Shown: piece after piece, positions 28,001 to 41,600 of the stretch
Layout of the letters: each line of letters begins with the position of its first letter
Numbering within the stretch: the stretch's first letter is position 1
From: the human T2T-CHM13v2.0 reference genome, Homo sapiens
Reading direction: 5' to 3' (one strand)
DNA: 64,000 nucleotides
Assembly (NCBI RefSeq): GCF_009914755.1
Contig: NC_060943.1
Made by a program: the position numbers and the translations under genes
The notes under the pieces: generated by a model
Databases searched by the model: none
What the model saw: only the letters and a program-made list of their open reading frames with translations
What the model was told of the DNA's origin: nothing

Positions 28001-31000
28001 TTGTGATGTGTGCATTCTTCTCGTGGAATTAAACCTTTCTTTAGATTGAGCAGTTTTGCAACACTGTTTTTTTAGTATCTGACAAGGAATATTTGGGAGG
28101 GCTTTGAAGCCTACGTTGAAAAGGAAATATCTTCAGATAAAAACTATATAGAAGCTTTCTGGGAAACTGCTTTGTGATTTCTGCATTCATCTCAGAGAGT
28201 TAAACCTTTCTTTTAATTGAGCAGTTTGTAAACACTGTTTTTTTAGAATTTACAAAGGGACATTTGGAAGCTCTTTGAGGCCTATGGTCAAAAAGGAAAT
28301 ATGTTCAGATAAAAAGTAGAAAGAAGCTTTCTGGAAACTTCTTTCTGATGTGTACATTCTTTTCAAAGAGGTGAACCATTATTTTGATTGAGCACTCTGG
28401 AAACACTGTTTTTGGAAAATCTGCGAATGGATATTTGGGAGTGTATTGAGGCCTACAGTGAAAAAGGAAATATCTTCAGATAAAAAATAGAAGAACTTTT
28501 CTCAGAAACTGCTTTGTGATGTGTGCATTCTTCTCACAGAGGTAAACCTTTATTTTGATTGAGCAATTTGAATACACTGTTTTTGTGGAATCTACGAAGT
28601 GATATACAGAGCGCAATGGGGCCTATGGTGCAAAAGGAAATATCCTCGGAGAAAAACTAGAAAGAAGCATTATCAGAAATTGCTTTTGGATATGTGCATT
28701 CATCTCACAGAGTTAAACCTTTCTTTTGATTGAGAAGTTTGGAAACTTTGTTTTTGTAGAATCTGCAAAGGGATATTTGGGAGTGCATTGAGGCCTATGG
28801 TAGAAAGGAAACATCTTCAGATTAAAACTAGTGAGAATCATTTTAAGAAACTGCTTGGTGATGAGTGCATTCATCTCACATAGTTAAACCTTTCTTTTGA
28901 TTGGGAAGTTTGAAAAGACAGTTTTTGCAGAATCAGCGAAGGGATATTTGGGAGCACTTAGAGGCCTATGGTGAAAAAGGAAATATCTTCAGATAAAAAC
29001 TACAAAGAAGCTGTGTCAGAAAGCACTTTGTGTGGTGTGAATTCTTCTCACAGAGTTTAACCTCAGTTTGATTGAGCAGTTTGGAAACACTGTTTCTTTA
29101 AATTCTACCAAGGGATATATGGAAGTGCATTGAGGCTTATGGTGAAAAAGGAAATATCTTCAGGGAAAAACTAGAAAGAATATTTATGAGAAACCACTTT
29201 GTGATGTTTGCATTCATCTCATGGTTTTAAAACTTTCTTTTGATTGAGTAGTTTGGCAACACTGTTTTTGTACCATCTGTGAAGGGATATTTGGGAGTGC
29301 TTTGAAGCCTATGGTGAAAAAGGAAGTATTTTCAGGGAAAAAGTAGAAAGAAGCTTTCTGGGAAACTGCTTTTGATGTTTGCATTCAGGTCAAAGAATTA
29401 AAACTTTCTATTGACTTAGCAGTTTTGGGACACTGTTTTTGTATAATCTGCAGAGTTATATTTAGGAGCACATGGATGCCTATGGTGAAAAAAGAAATAT
29501 CCTCAGATTTCCTTTGTCCTGATTGAGCAGTTTGGAACCACTGTTTTTGTAGAATCTGTGAAGGGATATTTGGGATACATTCAGGCTTATGGTGAAAAAT
29601 GTAATATCCTCAGATAAAAACTAGAAAGATTTCTGAGAAAGCTTTGTGATGTGTGTTTTCATCTCACAGTTAAACCTTTCTTTGATTGAGCAGTTTCAAA
29701 CAACTGTTTTTGTAGGATTTGGGAAAGGATGTTTGGGAACACATTGAGGCCTATGGTCAAAAAGGAAATACTTTCAGAAAAAAACCAGAACAAATCTTTT
29801 GGGGAAACTGCTTTGTGATGTGTAGATTCATGTCACAGTTGCACTATTCTTTTGATGAGGCAGTTTGGAAACACTGTTTTTGTAGAATCTGCGAAGGGAT
29901 ATATGGGAGCGCATTGAGGCATATGGTGAAAAAAGAAATATCTTCATGTCAAAACTAGAAAGACACTTTCTGCAGAACTGCTTTGTAATGTGTGCATTTG
30001 TCTCACAGAGATAACGCTTTCTTTTGATTGAGTAGTTTGGAAACACTGTTTTTATAGAATCTGCAAAAGGTTATTTAGGAATGCATTGAGGACTATGGTG
30101 AAAAAGGAAATATCCTCAGATATAAACTAGAAAACTTTCTGATTAACAGCTTTATGATGTGTCCATTCATCTCACAGAATTAAAATTTTCTATTGATGTA
30201 GCATTTTGGAAACACTGTTTTTGTAGAATCTGCGAAGGGATATATGGGAGTACATTGAGGCCTCTGGTAAAAAAGAAACTATCTTCAGATAAAAACTTAA
30301 AAGAAGCTTTCAGATTAACTGCTTTGTGATGTGTTCATTCATCTCACAGTGTTAAACTTTCTTTTAATTGAGCATCTTGGAAACACTGTTTTTGTAGAAT
30401 CTGCAAAGTGATATTTAGGAGCACATTGAGTCCTATGGAGAAAAAGGAAATATCCTCAGATAAAAAAGAGAAAGGAGATTTCTGAGAAACTGCTTTGTGA
30501 TGTCTGCTTCCGTCTCATAGAATTTAAGCATTCTTTTGATTAAGTAGTTTGGAAACACAGTTTTTGCAGAATCTGTGAAAGGATATTTGGGAATGCATGG
30601 GGCGTATGGTAAGAGAGGATATATCCTCACATAAAAACCAGAAAGATGTTTTCTGAGGAACTATTTTGTAATGTGTACATTCTTCTCACAGAGTTACAAC
30701 TTTCTTTTGGTTGAGCAGTTAGGAAACACTATTTTTGTAGAATCTGCGAAGGGATATTTGGGAGTGCATTGAAGCCTATGGTGAAAAAGGAAATATATTC
30801 ACATAAAAACTAGAAAGACATTTTCTGAGAAACTGCTTTGTGATGTGTGCATTGGTCTCACAAAGATAAGGCTTTCTATTTATTTAGCAGTTTGGAAACA
30901 CTGTTTTTGTAGAATCTGTGAAAGGATACATGGGAACGCAATCTGGCCTATGTTGAAAAAGGAAATACTCTCAGACAAAATCTTGAAAGAAGTTTTCTGA

Positions 31001-31574
31001 TTAACTGCTTTGTGAAGTGTCCATTCATCTTACAGAGTTAAACTTTATTTCCATTGAGCATCTTGGAAACACAATTTTGTAGAATCTGCAAAGGGATAAT
31101 TTGTAGCACATTGTGGCCTATGGTGAATAAGGAAATACCTTCACATAAAAACTAGAAAGAGGCTTTCTGGAAATTGCTTTGTGATGTCTGCATTTGTCTC
31201 AGAGAGTTTAAGCATTCTTTTGATTAAGAAGTTTGGAAAACAGTTTTGGTAGAATCTGGGAAAGGATATTTGGGAGCACATTGGGGCCTATGGTGAGAAA
31301 GGAAATATCCTCAGAAGAAAACCAGAAAGATGCTCTCTGAGGAACTGTTTTGTGATGTGTACATTCATCTCACAGAGTTACGATTTTCTTTTGATTGAGC
31401 AGTTTGGAAACACTATTTTTGTAGAATCTGCAAACGGATATTTTGGAATGCAATGAGGCCTATGGTGAAAAAGGAAATATCTTCACATAAATAATAGAAA
31501 TAAGCTTTCTGAGAAACTGCTTTGTGATGTGTGCATTCATCTCACAGAGTTACAATTTTCTTTTGATTGAGCAT
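25001..31574 (+). repeat. Monomeric alpha satellite, old ~172-bp layer
   Basis: Same monomer type, and the register continues across the Alu. Confidence 0.97.
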
Positions 31575-32682
31575 TGTTGTGGGAAGTCAGCAACCACAAA
31601 TGGAGGGACCGGCTAAAGGCATGGTAGAAGAACATAAATTTTGAAGATTTCATGGACATTTATTAGTTCTCCAAATTAATACTTTTATATTTTCTTATGC
31701 CTGTCTTTACTGCAATCTCTGGACATAAATTGTGAAGATCTCATGTACATTTATCACATCCCCAATCAATGCCCTTGTGATTTCCTATGCCTGTCTTTAA
31801 TCTCTTAATCCCATCATCTTCGTAAGCTAAGGAGGATGTATGTCGCCTCAGGACCCATGATGATTGTGTTAACTGCACAAATTGTTTGTAGAGCTTGTGT
31901 GTTTGAACAATACGAAATCTGGGCACCTTGAAAAAAGAAGATGATAACTGCAGGTTCAGGGAGCAAGAGAGATAACCTTAAACACTGACCACCAGTAAGT
32001 CTGGCAGAACTTACTTCTCTTCTTTCAAAAGCAAATGGAAGAAATATCGCCGAATTCTTTTTCTCAGCAAGGAACACCCCTGAGAAAGAGAATGCTTCCC
32101 TGAGGGTAGGCCTCTGAAATGGCTGCTTTGTGGGTGGCCATCTTTTATGGTTGCAGCTGCAGGGGTGAAATAAGCCCCCGTCTCCTGCAGCCCTCCCAGG
32201 CTTATTAGGATGAGGAAATTCCTGCCTAATAAATTTTGATCAGACCAGTTGTCTGATCAAACCCTGTCTCAAACCCTGTCTCCTGATAAGATGTTATCAA
32301 TGACAGTGTGTGCCTGAAACTTCTTTAGCAATTGTAATTTTGCCCCGGTCCTGTGGTTCTGTGATCCCGCCCTGCCTCCATTTACCTTGTGATATCTCAT
32401 TATCTTGTGAAGCATGTGATCTCTGTGAACCACACCCTATTCTACACTACCTACCCTTCTGAAAATCACTAATGAAAACTTGCTGGTTTTATGGCTCAGG
32501 GGGCATCATGGAATGTGCCGACATGTGATGCCTCCCCTGGACACTCAGCTTTAAAATTTCTCTCTGTTGTATTTTATCCCTTTATTTCTCAGACCAGATG
32601 ACACTAAGGGAAAATAAAAAAGAACCTACTAGAAATGTCGGGGGTAAATTTCACCCGATATTTGGCTGAGTTTCTCCTGATA
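31575..32682 (+). mobile_element. MER11-family solo LTR (HERV-K11/HML-8)
   Basis: Starts TGTTGTGGGAAGTCAG, contains the duplicated ACATAAAT(T/G)TGAAGAT block and CAGGCTTATTAGGATGAGGAAATT, and ends TTTCTCCTGATA. 6-bp TSD GAGCAT (31569-31574) / AAGCAT (32683-32688). The interrupted monomer resumes in register, and no internal proviral sequence follows. Confidence 0.9.
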
Positions 32683-35600
32683 AAGCATCTTGGAAACACT
32701 GTTTTTGTTGAATCTGTGAAGGGATATTTCGGAGCACGTTGAGGCCTATGGTGAAAAAGGAAATATCTTCACATACAAACTAGAAAGAAGCTTTCTGAGA
32801 AAGTGCTTTCTGATGTGTGCATTCACCTGACAGTTAATCCTTTCTTTTGATTGAGCAGTTTGGAAAGACTGTGTTTGTAGAATCTGCGATGGGAGATTTG
32901 GAAGCATATTGAAGCCTATAGTGATAAAGGAAATATCTTCAGACAAAAACTAGAAAGAAGCTTTCTGAAAAACTGCTTTGTGATGTGTGCATTCATCTCA
33001 CAGAGTTAAACCTTTCTTTTGGTTGAGCAGTTTGGAAACACTGTTTTGGAAAAATTTGCGAAGAGATATTTGGGAATGCATTGAAGCATATGGTGGAAAA
33101 GGAAATAACCTTAGATAAAAAGTAAAAAGACCTCTGAGAAACAGCTTCATGATGATTGGATTCATCTCACAGTGTTAAAACTTTCTTTTGATAGAGCAGT
33201 TTGGAATCATTGTTTTTGTAGAATCTGTGAAGGGATATTTGGGAGTGCATTGAGGCCTATGGAGAAAAAGCAAATATCTTCAGATAAAAAATAGAAAGAA
33301 TTTTTCCAAGACACTGTTTTGGATGTGTGCATTCCCCTCACAGAGCTAAAGGATTCTCTTCATTGAGGAGTATGGAAATACTGTTTTTGTAGAAACTGTG
33401 AAGGAATATTTGGGACCACTTTGAGGCCTATGGTGAAACAGGAAATGCCTTAGGGTAAAAGCTAGAAAGAAGCTTTCTGAGAAGCTGCTATGTGATATCT
33501 ACATTCATCTCACAGAGATAAAGCCTACTTTTGATTTAGCAGTTTTGAAACACTGTGTAGAATCTGCAAAAGGATGTTTTGGAGTGCATTGAGGACTGTG
33601 GTGAAAAAGGAAATATCTTCATAAAAACCTGAAAGAAGCTTTTGGAGAAACTGCTTTGTGATGTGTGCTTTCATCACATAGAGTTAAACAAATATTTTGA
33701 TGGAGCACTTTGGTAACACTGTTTTTGTAGAATCTAGGAAGTTATATTTGGGAGCACTTTGAGGTCTGCAGTGAAAAAGGAAATATTCTCAGATGAAAAC
33801 TAGAAAGAAGCTTTCTGAGAAAATGCTTTGGGATGTGCGCATTCATCTCACAGAATTTCACCTTTCTGACATTTGAGCAGTTAGGAAACACTGTTTTTGT
33901 AGAATCTGTGATGGGATATTTTGGAGTGCATTGAGACCTACTGTGAAAAAGGAAACACCTTTACATAAAAACTAGAAGGACACTTTCTCAGAAACAAATT
34001 TGTGTTGTGTGCATTTGTTTTACTGAGATAAAACTTTCTTTTGATTCTGCAGTTTAGAAACACTGTTTTTGTAGCATCTGCAAAAGCATACTTGGGAACG
34101 CAATGAGGCCTATAGAGAAAAAGGAAATATCCTCAGATAAAAACCAGAAAGATGCTTTCTCAGGAACTGTTTTGTGATGTGTACATTCATCTCACAAAGT
34201 TACAGCTTTCTTTTGATTGAGCAGTTTGGAAACACTATTTTTCTTGAATCTGCAAAGGGCTATTTGAGAACGCAATGAGGCCTATGGTGAAAAAAGAAAT
34301 ATATTCACATGAAAACTAGAATGATTTCTGAGAAACAGCTTCGTGATGTGTGTTTTCATCTCACAGAGTTAATACTTTCTTTTGATTGAGAAGTTTGGAA
34401 ACTGTTTTTCTAGAATCTGCAAAGGAATATTAGGGAGCACATGGAGGCCTATGGTGAAAAAGACAATATCTTCTGATGAAAACTAGTAAGAAGCTGTCTG
34501 AGACATTGCTTTGTGATGTGTACATTCACCTCACACAGAGTTAAAACTTTCTTTTCATTGAACAGTTTGGATAAACTCTTTTTGTAGAATCTGCAAAGGG
34601 ATATTTGGTAGCAAATTGAGGCCTAGGGTGAAAAAGGAAATATCTTCACACAGAACTAGAAAGACACTTTCTGAGAAACTGCTTTGTTATGTGTGCATTC
34701 ATGGAATATTTTCACATAAAAACTAGAAAGAAGCTTTCTCAGAAACAGCTTTGTGATGTGTGAATTCATCCCACAGAGTTAAATATTTATTTTGATTGAC
34801 CAGTTTGGAAACACTGGTTTTTAGTGTCTGTGAGGGATATTTGGGAGAGCATGGAGACCTATGGTAAAAAAAAAATCTTCAGATGCAAACTAGAAAGGAG
34901 TTCTCTGAGAAACTGCTTTGTGATATGTGCATTCATCTCACAGCATTAAACATTTGTTTTCATTGAGCAGTTTGGAAACACAGTTTTTGTAGAATCTGTG
35001 ACTGCTTTCATCTCATAGAGTTAAAACTTTCTTTTGATGGATCTGTTTGGAAACAATGTTTTTGTAGAATCTGCAAAGGGATATTTGTGAGTGTGATGAT
35101 ACCTGTGGTGAAAATAAATAAAATATCTTCAGACAAAAACTACAAGGGAGATTTTTGAGAAACTGCTTTGTGTTGTGTGCATCCATCTCACAGAGTAAAA
35201 CATTTATTTTGATCGAGCAGTTTGGAAACACTGTTTTTGTATAATCTGTGAAGTGATGTTAAGTATCAGAAAAAGGCCTATGGTGAACAAGGAAATATCT
35301 TTAGATAAGAATGGAAAGAAGTGTTATGATAAACTGCTTTCTGTTGTGTGCATTAATGTCACTAAGATAAGTCCTTCTTTTTATGAAACAGTTCAGAAAC
35401 ACTGTTTTTGTATAATCTGCAAAGGGATATTTGGGAGCACATTGAGCCCTATGGCGGAAAAGGAAACATCCCCAGAGAAGACCTATACAGAAGCTTTCTG
35501 AGAAACTGCTTTGTAATGTGTGCATTCATCTCACAGAATTAAGCCTTTCTTTTGACTGAGCCATTTGGAAACACTGCTTTTGTTTAATCTGCAAAATGAT

Positions 35601-38600
35601 ATTAGGCAGTGCAAAAAGCCAATGGTGAACAAGGAAATATCTTCAGAAAAAACCTGGAAAGAAGCATTATGAGAAACTGCTCTCTGATGTGTGCATTCAT
35701 CTCACAGAGGTAAGTCTTTCTTTTGATGGAACAGTTTGGAAACACCTTTTTTTTAAAATCTGCAAAGGGATATTTGGAAGTGCATTGAGGCCTGTGGTGG
35801 AAAAGGAAATATCCTCAGAGAAGACCTATATGGAAACTTTCTGAGAAACTGCTTTGTGATGTGTGCATTCATCTCACAGAGTTAAATCTTTCTTTTGACT
35901 GAGGCGTTTGGAAACACCATTTTTGTAGAAACTGCGAAGGCATATTTCAAAGCGCAGTGATGCCTATGGTGAAAAAGGAAATATCTTCAGATAAAAACTA
36001 GAAAGAACCTTTTTTAGAAACTGCTTTGTGATGTATGAATTCATTTCACAGAGTTAAACTTTTCTTTTGACTGAGCAGTTTGGAAACACTGTTTTTGTTT
36101 AATCTGCAAAGTGTTGTTTGGTAGTGCAAATAGGCCTATTGTGAACAAGGAAATACCTTCAGATAAAAACTAGAAAGAAGCGTTATGAGAAACTGCTTTC
36201 TGATGTGTGCATTCATCTCTCAGAGTTAAATCCTTCTTTTGATGGAAGAGTTCAGAAACACTGTTTTTATAGAGTCTATGAAGGGATATTTGGGTGCATA
36301 TTGAGGCCTATGGTGGAAAAGAAAATGTCTTCAGAAAAGAACTAGGCAGAAGCTATCTGAAAAACTGCTTTGTGATCTGTGTTTTCACCTCACAGAGTTA
36401 AACGTTTCTTTTGATTGAGTAGTTTAGAAACACTGTATTTGTAGAATCTGCAAAGGTATATTTGGGAGCGCACAGAGACCTATGGTGAAAAACAAAATGT
36501 AGTAGGAAAAAAATAGAAAGAAGCATTTTGAGAAATTGCTCTGTGATGTGTGTATTCAACTCACAGAGGTAAACTTATTTTTTCATTAAGCAGTTTGAAA
36601 ACACTGTTTTTGTAGAATCTGTGATGGGATATTTGTGAGTGCATTGTGCCTATAGTGTTAAAGGAAATATCTTCGGATAAAAACTAGAAATAAGCTTTTT
36701 GAGAAACTGCTTTCTGATGTGTGCATTCATCCCCCAGAGTTAAAAGTTTCTTTTGACTGAGCAGTTTGGAAACACTCTTTTTGCGCTATCAACAAAGTGA
36801 TATTAGGTAACGCAAAAAAGGCTATGGTGAAGAAGGAAATATCTTCAGATAAAAATGGGAAAGAAGCTTTATGAGAAACTGCTTTCTGATGTGTGAGTTC
36901 AACTCACAGTGTTAATCTTGTTTTATTGAGCAGTTTTGAAACACTCTTTTTGTAGGATCAGTGAAGGGATATTTGGGAGTGCATCGAGGCCTATGGTGGA
37001 AAAGGAAATATCTTCTGAGAAGAACTACACAGAAGCTATCTGAGAAACTGTTCGTGAAGTGTTCATTCATCTCACAGAGTTAAATTTTCTTTTGATTGAG
37101 CAGTTTGGAAGTAAGGTTTTTATAGCATCTGCCAAGAGATATATGGGAGTGCAATGAAGCCTATGGGATGAAGGAAATATCTTTGGACAAAAACAAGAAA
37201 GAAGCTTTTTGAGAAACTGCTTTGTGATGTGCACATTTATCTCACAGACTTAGACATTTCTTTTGATTGATCAGTTTGGAAACACTGCTTTTGTAGACTC
37301 TGCAAAGGGATATTTGGGAGTGCATGAGGCCTATGGTGAAAAGGGAAATAACTTCAGATAAAAACTAGAAAGAAGCTTTCTAAGAAAAAGCTTTGTGATG
37401 TGGGCATTCTTCTCACAGTGTTAAATGTTTCTTTTGATTGAGGAGTTTGGAAACACTGTTTTTGTAGAATCTGCAAAGGGATATTTGGGAGCACACTGAT
37501 GCATATGTTGAAAAAGCAAATATCTTCCTATAAAAGCTAGAAAAATCTTCTTGAGAAACTGCTTTGTGATGTATGCATTCATCTCACCGAGTTAAACTTT
37601 TCTTTTGACTGAGCAGTTTGGAAACACTGTTGTTGTAGAATCTGCGAAGGGATATTTGGGAATGGATTGTGACCTATTGTGGAAAAGGAAACATCTTCCA
37701 ATAAAAATTAGAAAGAAGGTTTCTGAGAAACTGCTTCATGGTGTGTTCACTCACCTCACTGAGTTAAGCCTTCTTTTTGATTGAGAAGTTTGGAAACACT
37801 GTTTTTGTAGAATCTGGGAGGGGATACTTTGAGCACAGGGATAAATTTGAGTGCTTTGTGGCCTATGTTGAAAAAGAAATATCTTCAGATAAAAACTAGA
37901 GAGAAGATTTCTGAGAAACTGCTTTGTGATGTGTGCATTCTTCTCACACAGTTAAACATTTCTTTTCATTGAGCAGATTGGAAACACTCTTTTTGTAGAA
38001 TCTGCAAAGGTATATTTGGGAGCATATTGAGGCCTATGTTGGAAAAGGAAATATCTTCAGAGAAGAACTAGACAGAACCTATCTGAGAAACAGTTTTATG
38101 ATGTGTGCATTCATCAGAGTTAAACCTTTCTTTTGATTGAACAGTTTGGAAACACCGTTTTTGCGGAATCAGCAAAGGTACATTTGTGACTGCACTGAGG
38201 CCTATGGTGAAAAAGGAAATATCTACAGATAAATAGTAGAAATAAGTTTTCTGAGAAACTACTTTGTCATGTGTGCATTCAACCCACAGAATTAAACTTG
38301 TTTTTCAATTAAGCAGTTTGCAAACACTGTTTATATAGAAGATGCGATGGGATATTTGGGAATGCTTTGAAGCCTATGGTGATAAAGTAAATATCTTCAG
38401 TTAGAAACTATAAAGAAGTTTTTTGAGAAACTGCTTTGTGATGTGTCCATTAATCTCACAGGGTTAAACTTTTATTTTGAATGAGGAACTTGGAAACTCT
38501 GTTTTTGCAAAATCTGCCAAGCATTATTATGTGGCACAAAATAGCCTATGGTGAACAAGGAAATATCTTCAGATAAAAGCTGGACAGAAGGGTTGGGAGA

Positions 38601-41600
38601 AACTCCTTTCTAATGTGTGCATTCATCTCACAGAGTTAAGTCATTCTTTTGATGGAACAGTTTGAAAACACTGTTTTTGTAGAATCTGTGAAGAGATATT
38701 TGGGAGCGCATTGAGGCCTATGGTGGAAGAGGAAATATCTTCAGAGAAGAATTAGGAAGAAGCTTTCTGAGAAAATGCTTTGTGTTGTGTGCATGTGCAG
38801 TCATCTCACAGAGTTAAACCTTTCTTTTGACTGAGCAGATTGGAAACACTGTTTTTGTAGTACCTGCAAAGGGATGTTTGGGAGCTCATTGAAGCCAATG
38901 GTGAAAAAGGAAATACCTTTGGATAAAGACTAGAAGGAAGCTTTTTGAGAAACGGCTTTGTGATGTGTGCATTCATCTTACAGAGTTAAACCTTTCTTTT
39001 GACTGAGCAGTTTGGAAACCCTCTTTTTGTATATTCTGCGAAGTGAGGTTTTGTAGAGCAAAACTGCCTATTGTAAACAAGGTAATATCTTCAGATAAAA
39101 ACTGGAAAGAAGCGTTACAAGAAACTGCTTTCTGATGTGTGCATTCATCTCACAGAGTGAACTCCATTTTTTGATGGAACAGTTTGGAAACACTCTTTTT
39201 TTAGAATCTGCAAATGGATATTTGGGAGTGCATTGAGGCCTGTGGTGGAAAAGGAAATATCTTCAGGGAAGAACTAGACAGAAGCTATCTGAGAAACTGC
39301 TTTGTGATGTGTGCATTCATCTCACAGAGTTAAAACTTTCTTTTATTGTGCAGTTTGGAAACACTGTTTTTGTATTATCTGCGAAGGGATATTTGGGAGT
39401 GCATTGAAGCCCACTGTTAAAAAGGAAATATCTTCTGATAAAAACTAGAAAGAAGCTTTTTGAGAAACTGCTTTCTAATGTGTACTTTCAACTCACAGAG
39501 TTAAAACTGTTTTTGTTTGAGCAGTTTGGACACAAGGTTTTTGTAGAATCTGCAACGGGATATTTGGGAGTGCATTGAAGCCTATGGTGAAGAAAAAAAT
39601 ATCTTCAGATAAAAATTAGAAAGAAGCTTTTTGAGAAACTTATGTGACTTGTGCATTCATCTCACAATGATAAACCTTTCTTTTGACTAAGCAGTTTGGA
39701 AACAACGTTTTTGAAAAATCTGCCAAGCAATATTAGGCACCATTAAAAAGACTATAGTGAACAAGGAAATATCTTCAGATAAAAACTGGAAAGAAGCGTT
39801 ATGAGAAACAGCTTTGTGTTGTGCATGTTCATGTGATGCAGCTAACTCCTTCTTTATGTGGAAGAGTTTGGAAACACTGGTTTTGTAGAATCTGCAAAGG
39901 GATATTTGGGAGCATATTGAGGCCTATGGTGGAAAAGGAAATATCTTCAGAGAAGAAATAGACATAAGTTTTCTGAGAAACTGCTTTGTGATGTGTGCGT
40001 TCATCTTACAGAATTAAAACTTTCTCTTGATTGAGCAGTTTTGAAACACTATTTCTGTAGAATCTGTGAAGGGATATTTGGGAGCACATTGAAGCATATT
40101 TTGAAAAAGGAAATATCTTTGGATAAAAATGAGAAGGAAGCTTTATGAGAAACTGCTATATGATGTGTGCATTCATCTTACAGATTTAAACTTTTCTTTT
40201 GATTGATCAGTTTGGAAACACTGTTTAAAGAGGATCTGCAAAGGAATATTTGGGAATGCATTGAAGTATATGGAGACATAGGAAATATATTCGGATAAAA
40301 ACTAGAAAGAAGTAATTTGAGAAACTGCTTTTTGATGTACACTCTCATCTCACAGAGTTAAACCTTTCTTTTGATTGATCAGTTTGGAAACACTGTTTTT
40401 GTAGAATCTGCAAAGGGATGCTTGGGAGCTCACTGATGCCTATGGCATAAAGGGAAATATCTTCAGAAAAAAACTAGAAAGAACTTGAGAAACTGTTTTC
40501 TGATGGATGCATTCATCACACAGAGTTAAACTAGTCTTTGACTGAGCAGTTTGGGAACACGGTTTTACAATCAATTGCGAAGCAATGTTAGGTAGCGCAT
40601 AAAAGGATTATGGTGAACAAGAATAATTTCAGAGAAAAACTGGAAAGAATCGTTAAAAGAAACTGCCTTGTGATGTGCGCATTCATCTCACAGTTTTAAG
40701 TCTTTCTTTTGATTGAACAATTTGGAAACACTGTTTCTGTAGATTCTGTGAAGGGATATTTCAGAGTGCATTGTGGCCTATGGTGGCAAAGGAAATATCT
40801 TCAGAGAAGAACTAGACAGAAACTACCTGAGAAACTGCTTTGTGATGTGTGCATTCATCTCACAGAGTTAAACTTTTTTTTTCTTTTTGAGCACTTTGGA
40901 AACACTCTTTTTGTAGAATCTGTAAAGGGATATTTGAGAGTACACTGATGCCTATAGTGTAAAAGGAAATATCTTTGGATAAAAACTAGAAAGAAGCTTT
41001 TTGAGGAACTGCTTTTTGATGTATGCATTCATCTCAAAAAGCTAAACTTCTCTTTTGACAGAGCAGTTTGGAAACACTGCTTTTGTATAATCTGTGAAGT
41101 GATGCTAGGTAGCATAAAATAGCTTATGGTGAACAAGTAAATACCTTCAGATAAAAACTGGAAAGAAGCGTTATGGGAAACTGCTTTCTGATGTGTGCTT
41201 TCATCTCACAGAGTTCAATCCTTAATTTAATGGAACAGTTCGGAAACACTTTTTTTTTTCAGAGCACATTGAGGCCTATGTTGGAAAAGGAAATATCATC
41301 AGAGAAGAACTAGACAAGCTATCTGAGAAACAGCTTTGTGATGTGTGCCTTCATCTCGCAGAGTTAAACCTCTATTTTGATTGAGCCTTTTGGAAACTGT
41401 TTTTGTATAATATGCAAAGGTATATTTGGGAGCTCGCTGAAGCCTATGGTGAAAAAGGAAATATCTTCAGATAAAAACTAGGAAGAAGCTTTTTGAGAAA
41501 CTGCTTTGTGATGTATGAGTTCAACTCACAGAGTTAAGCTTGTTTTCTGATAGAGCAGTTTGGAAACAGTGTTTTTGTAGAATCTGTGAAGGGATATTTA

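Noticed and set aside
31741-32077. ORFs inside the MER11 LTRs (also 46988-47609) and the Alu
   Set aside because: They lie in non-coding repeat sequence and show no recognisable retroviral protein motifs.
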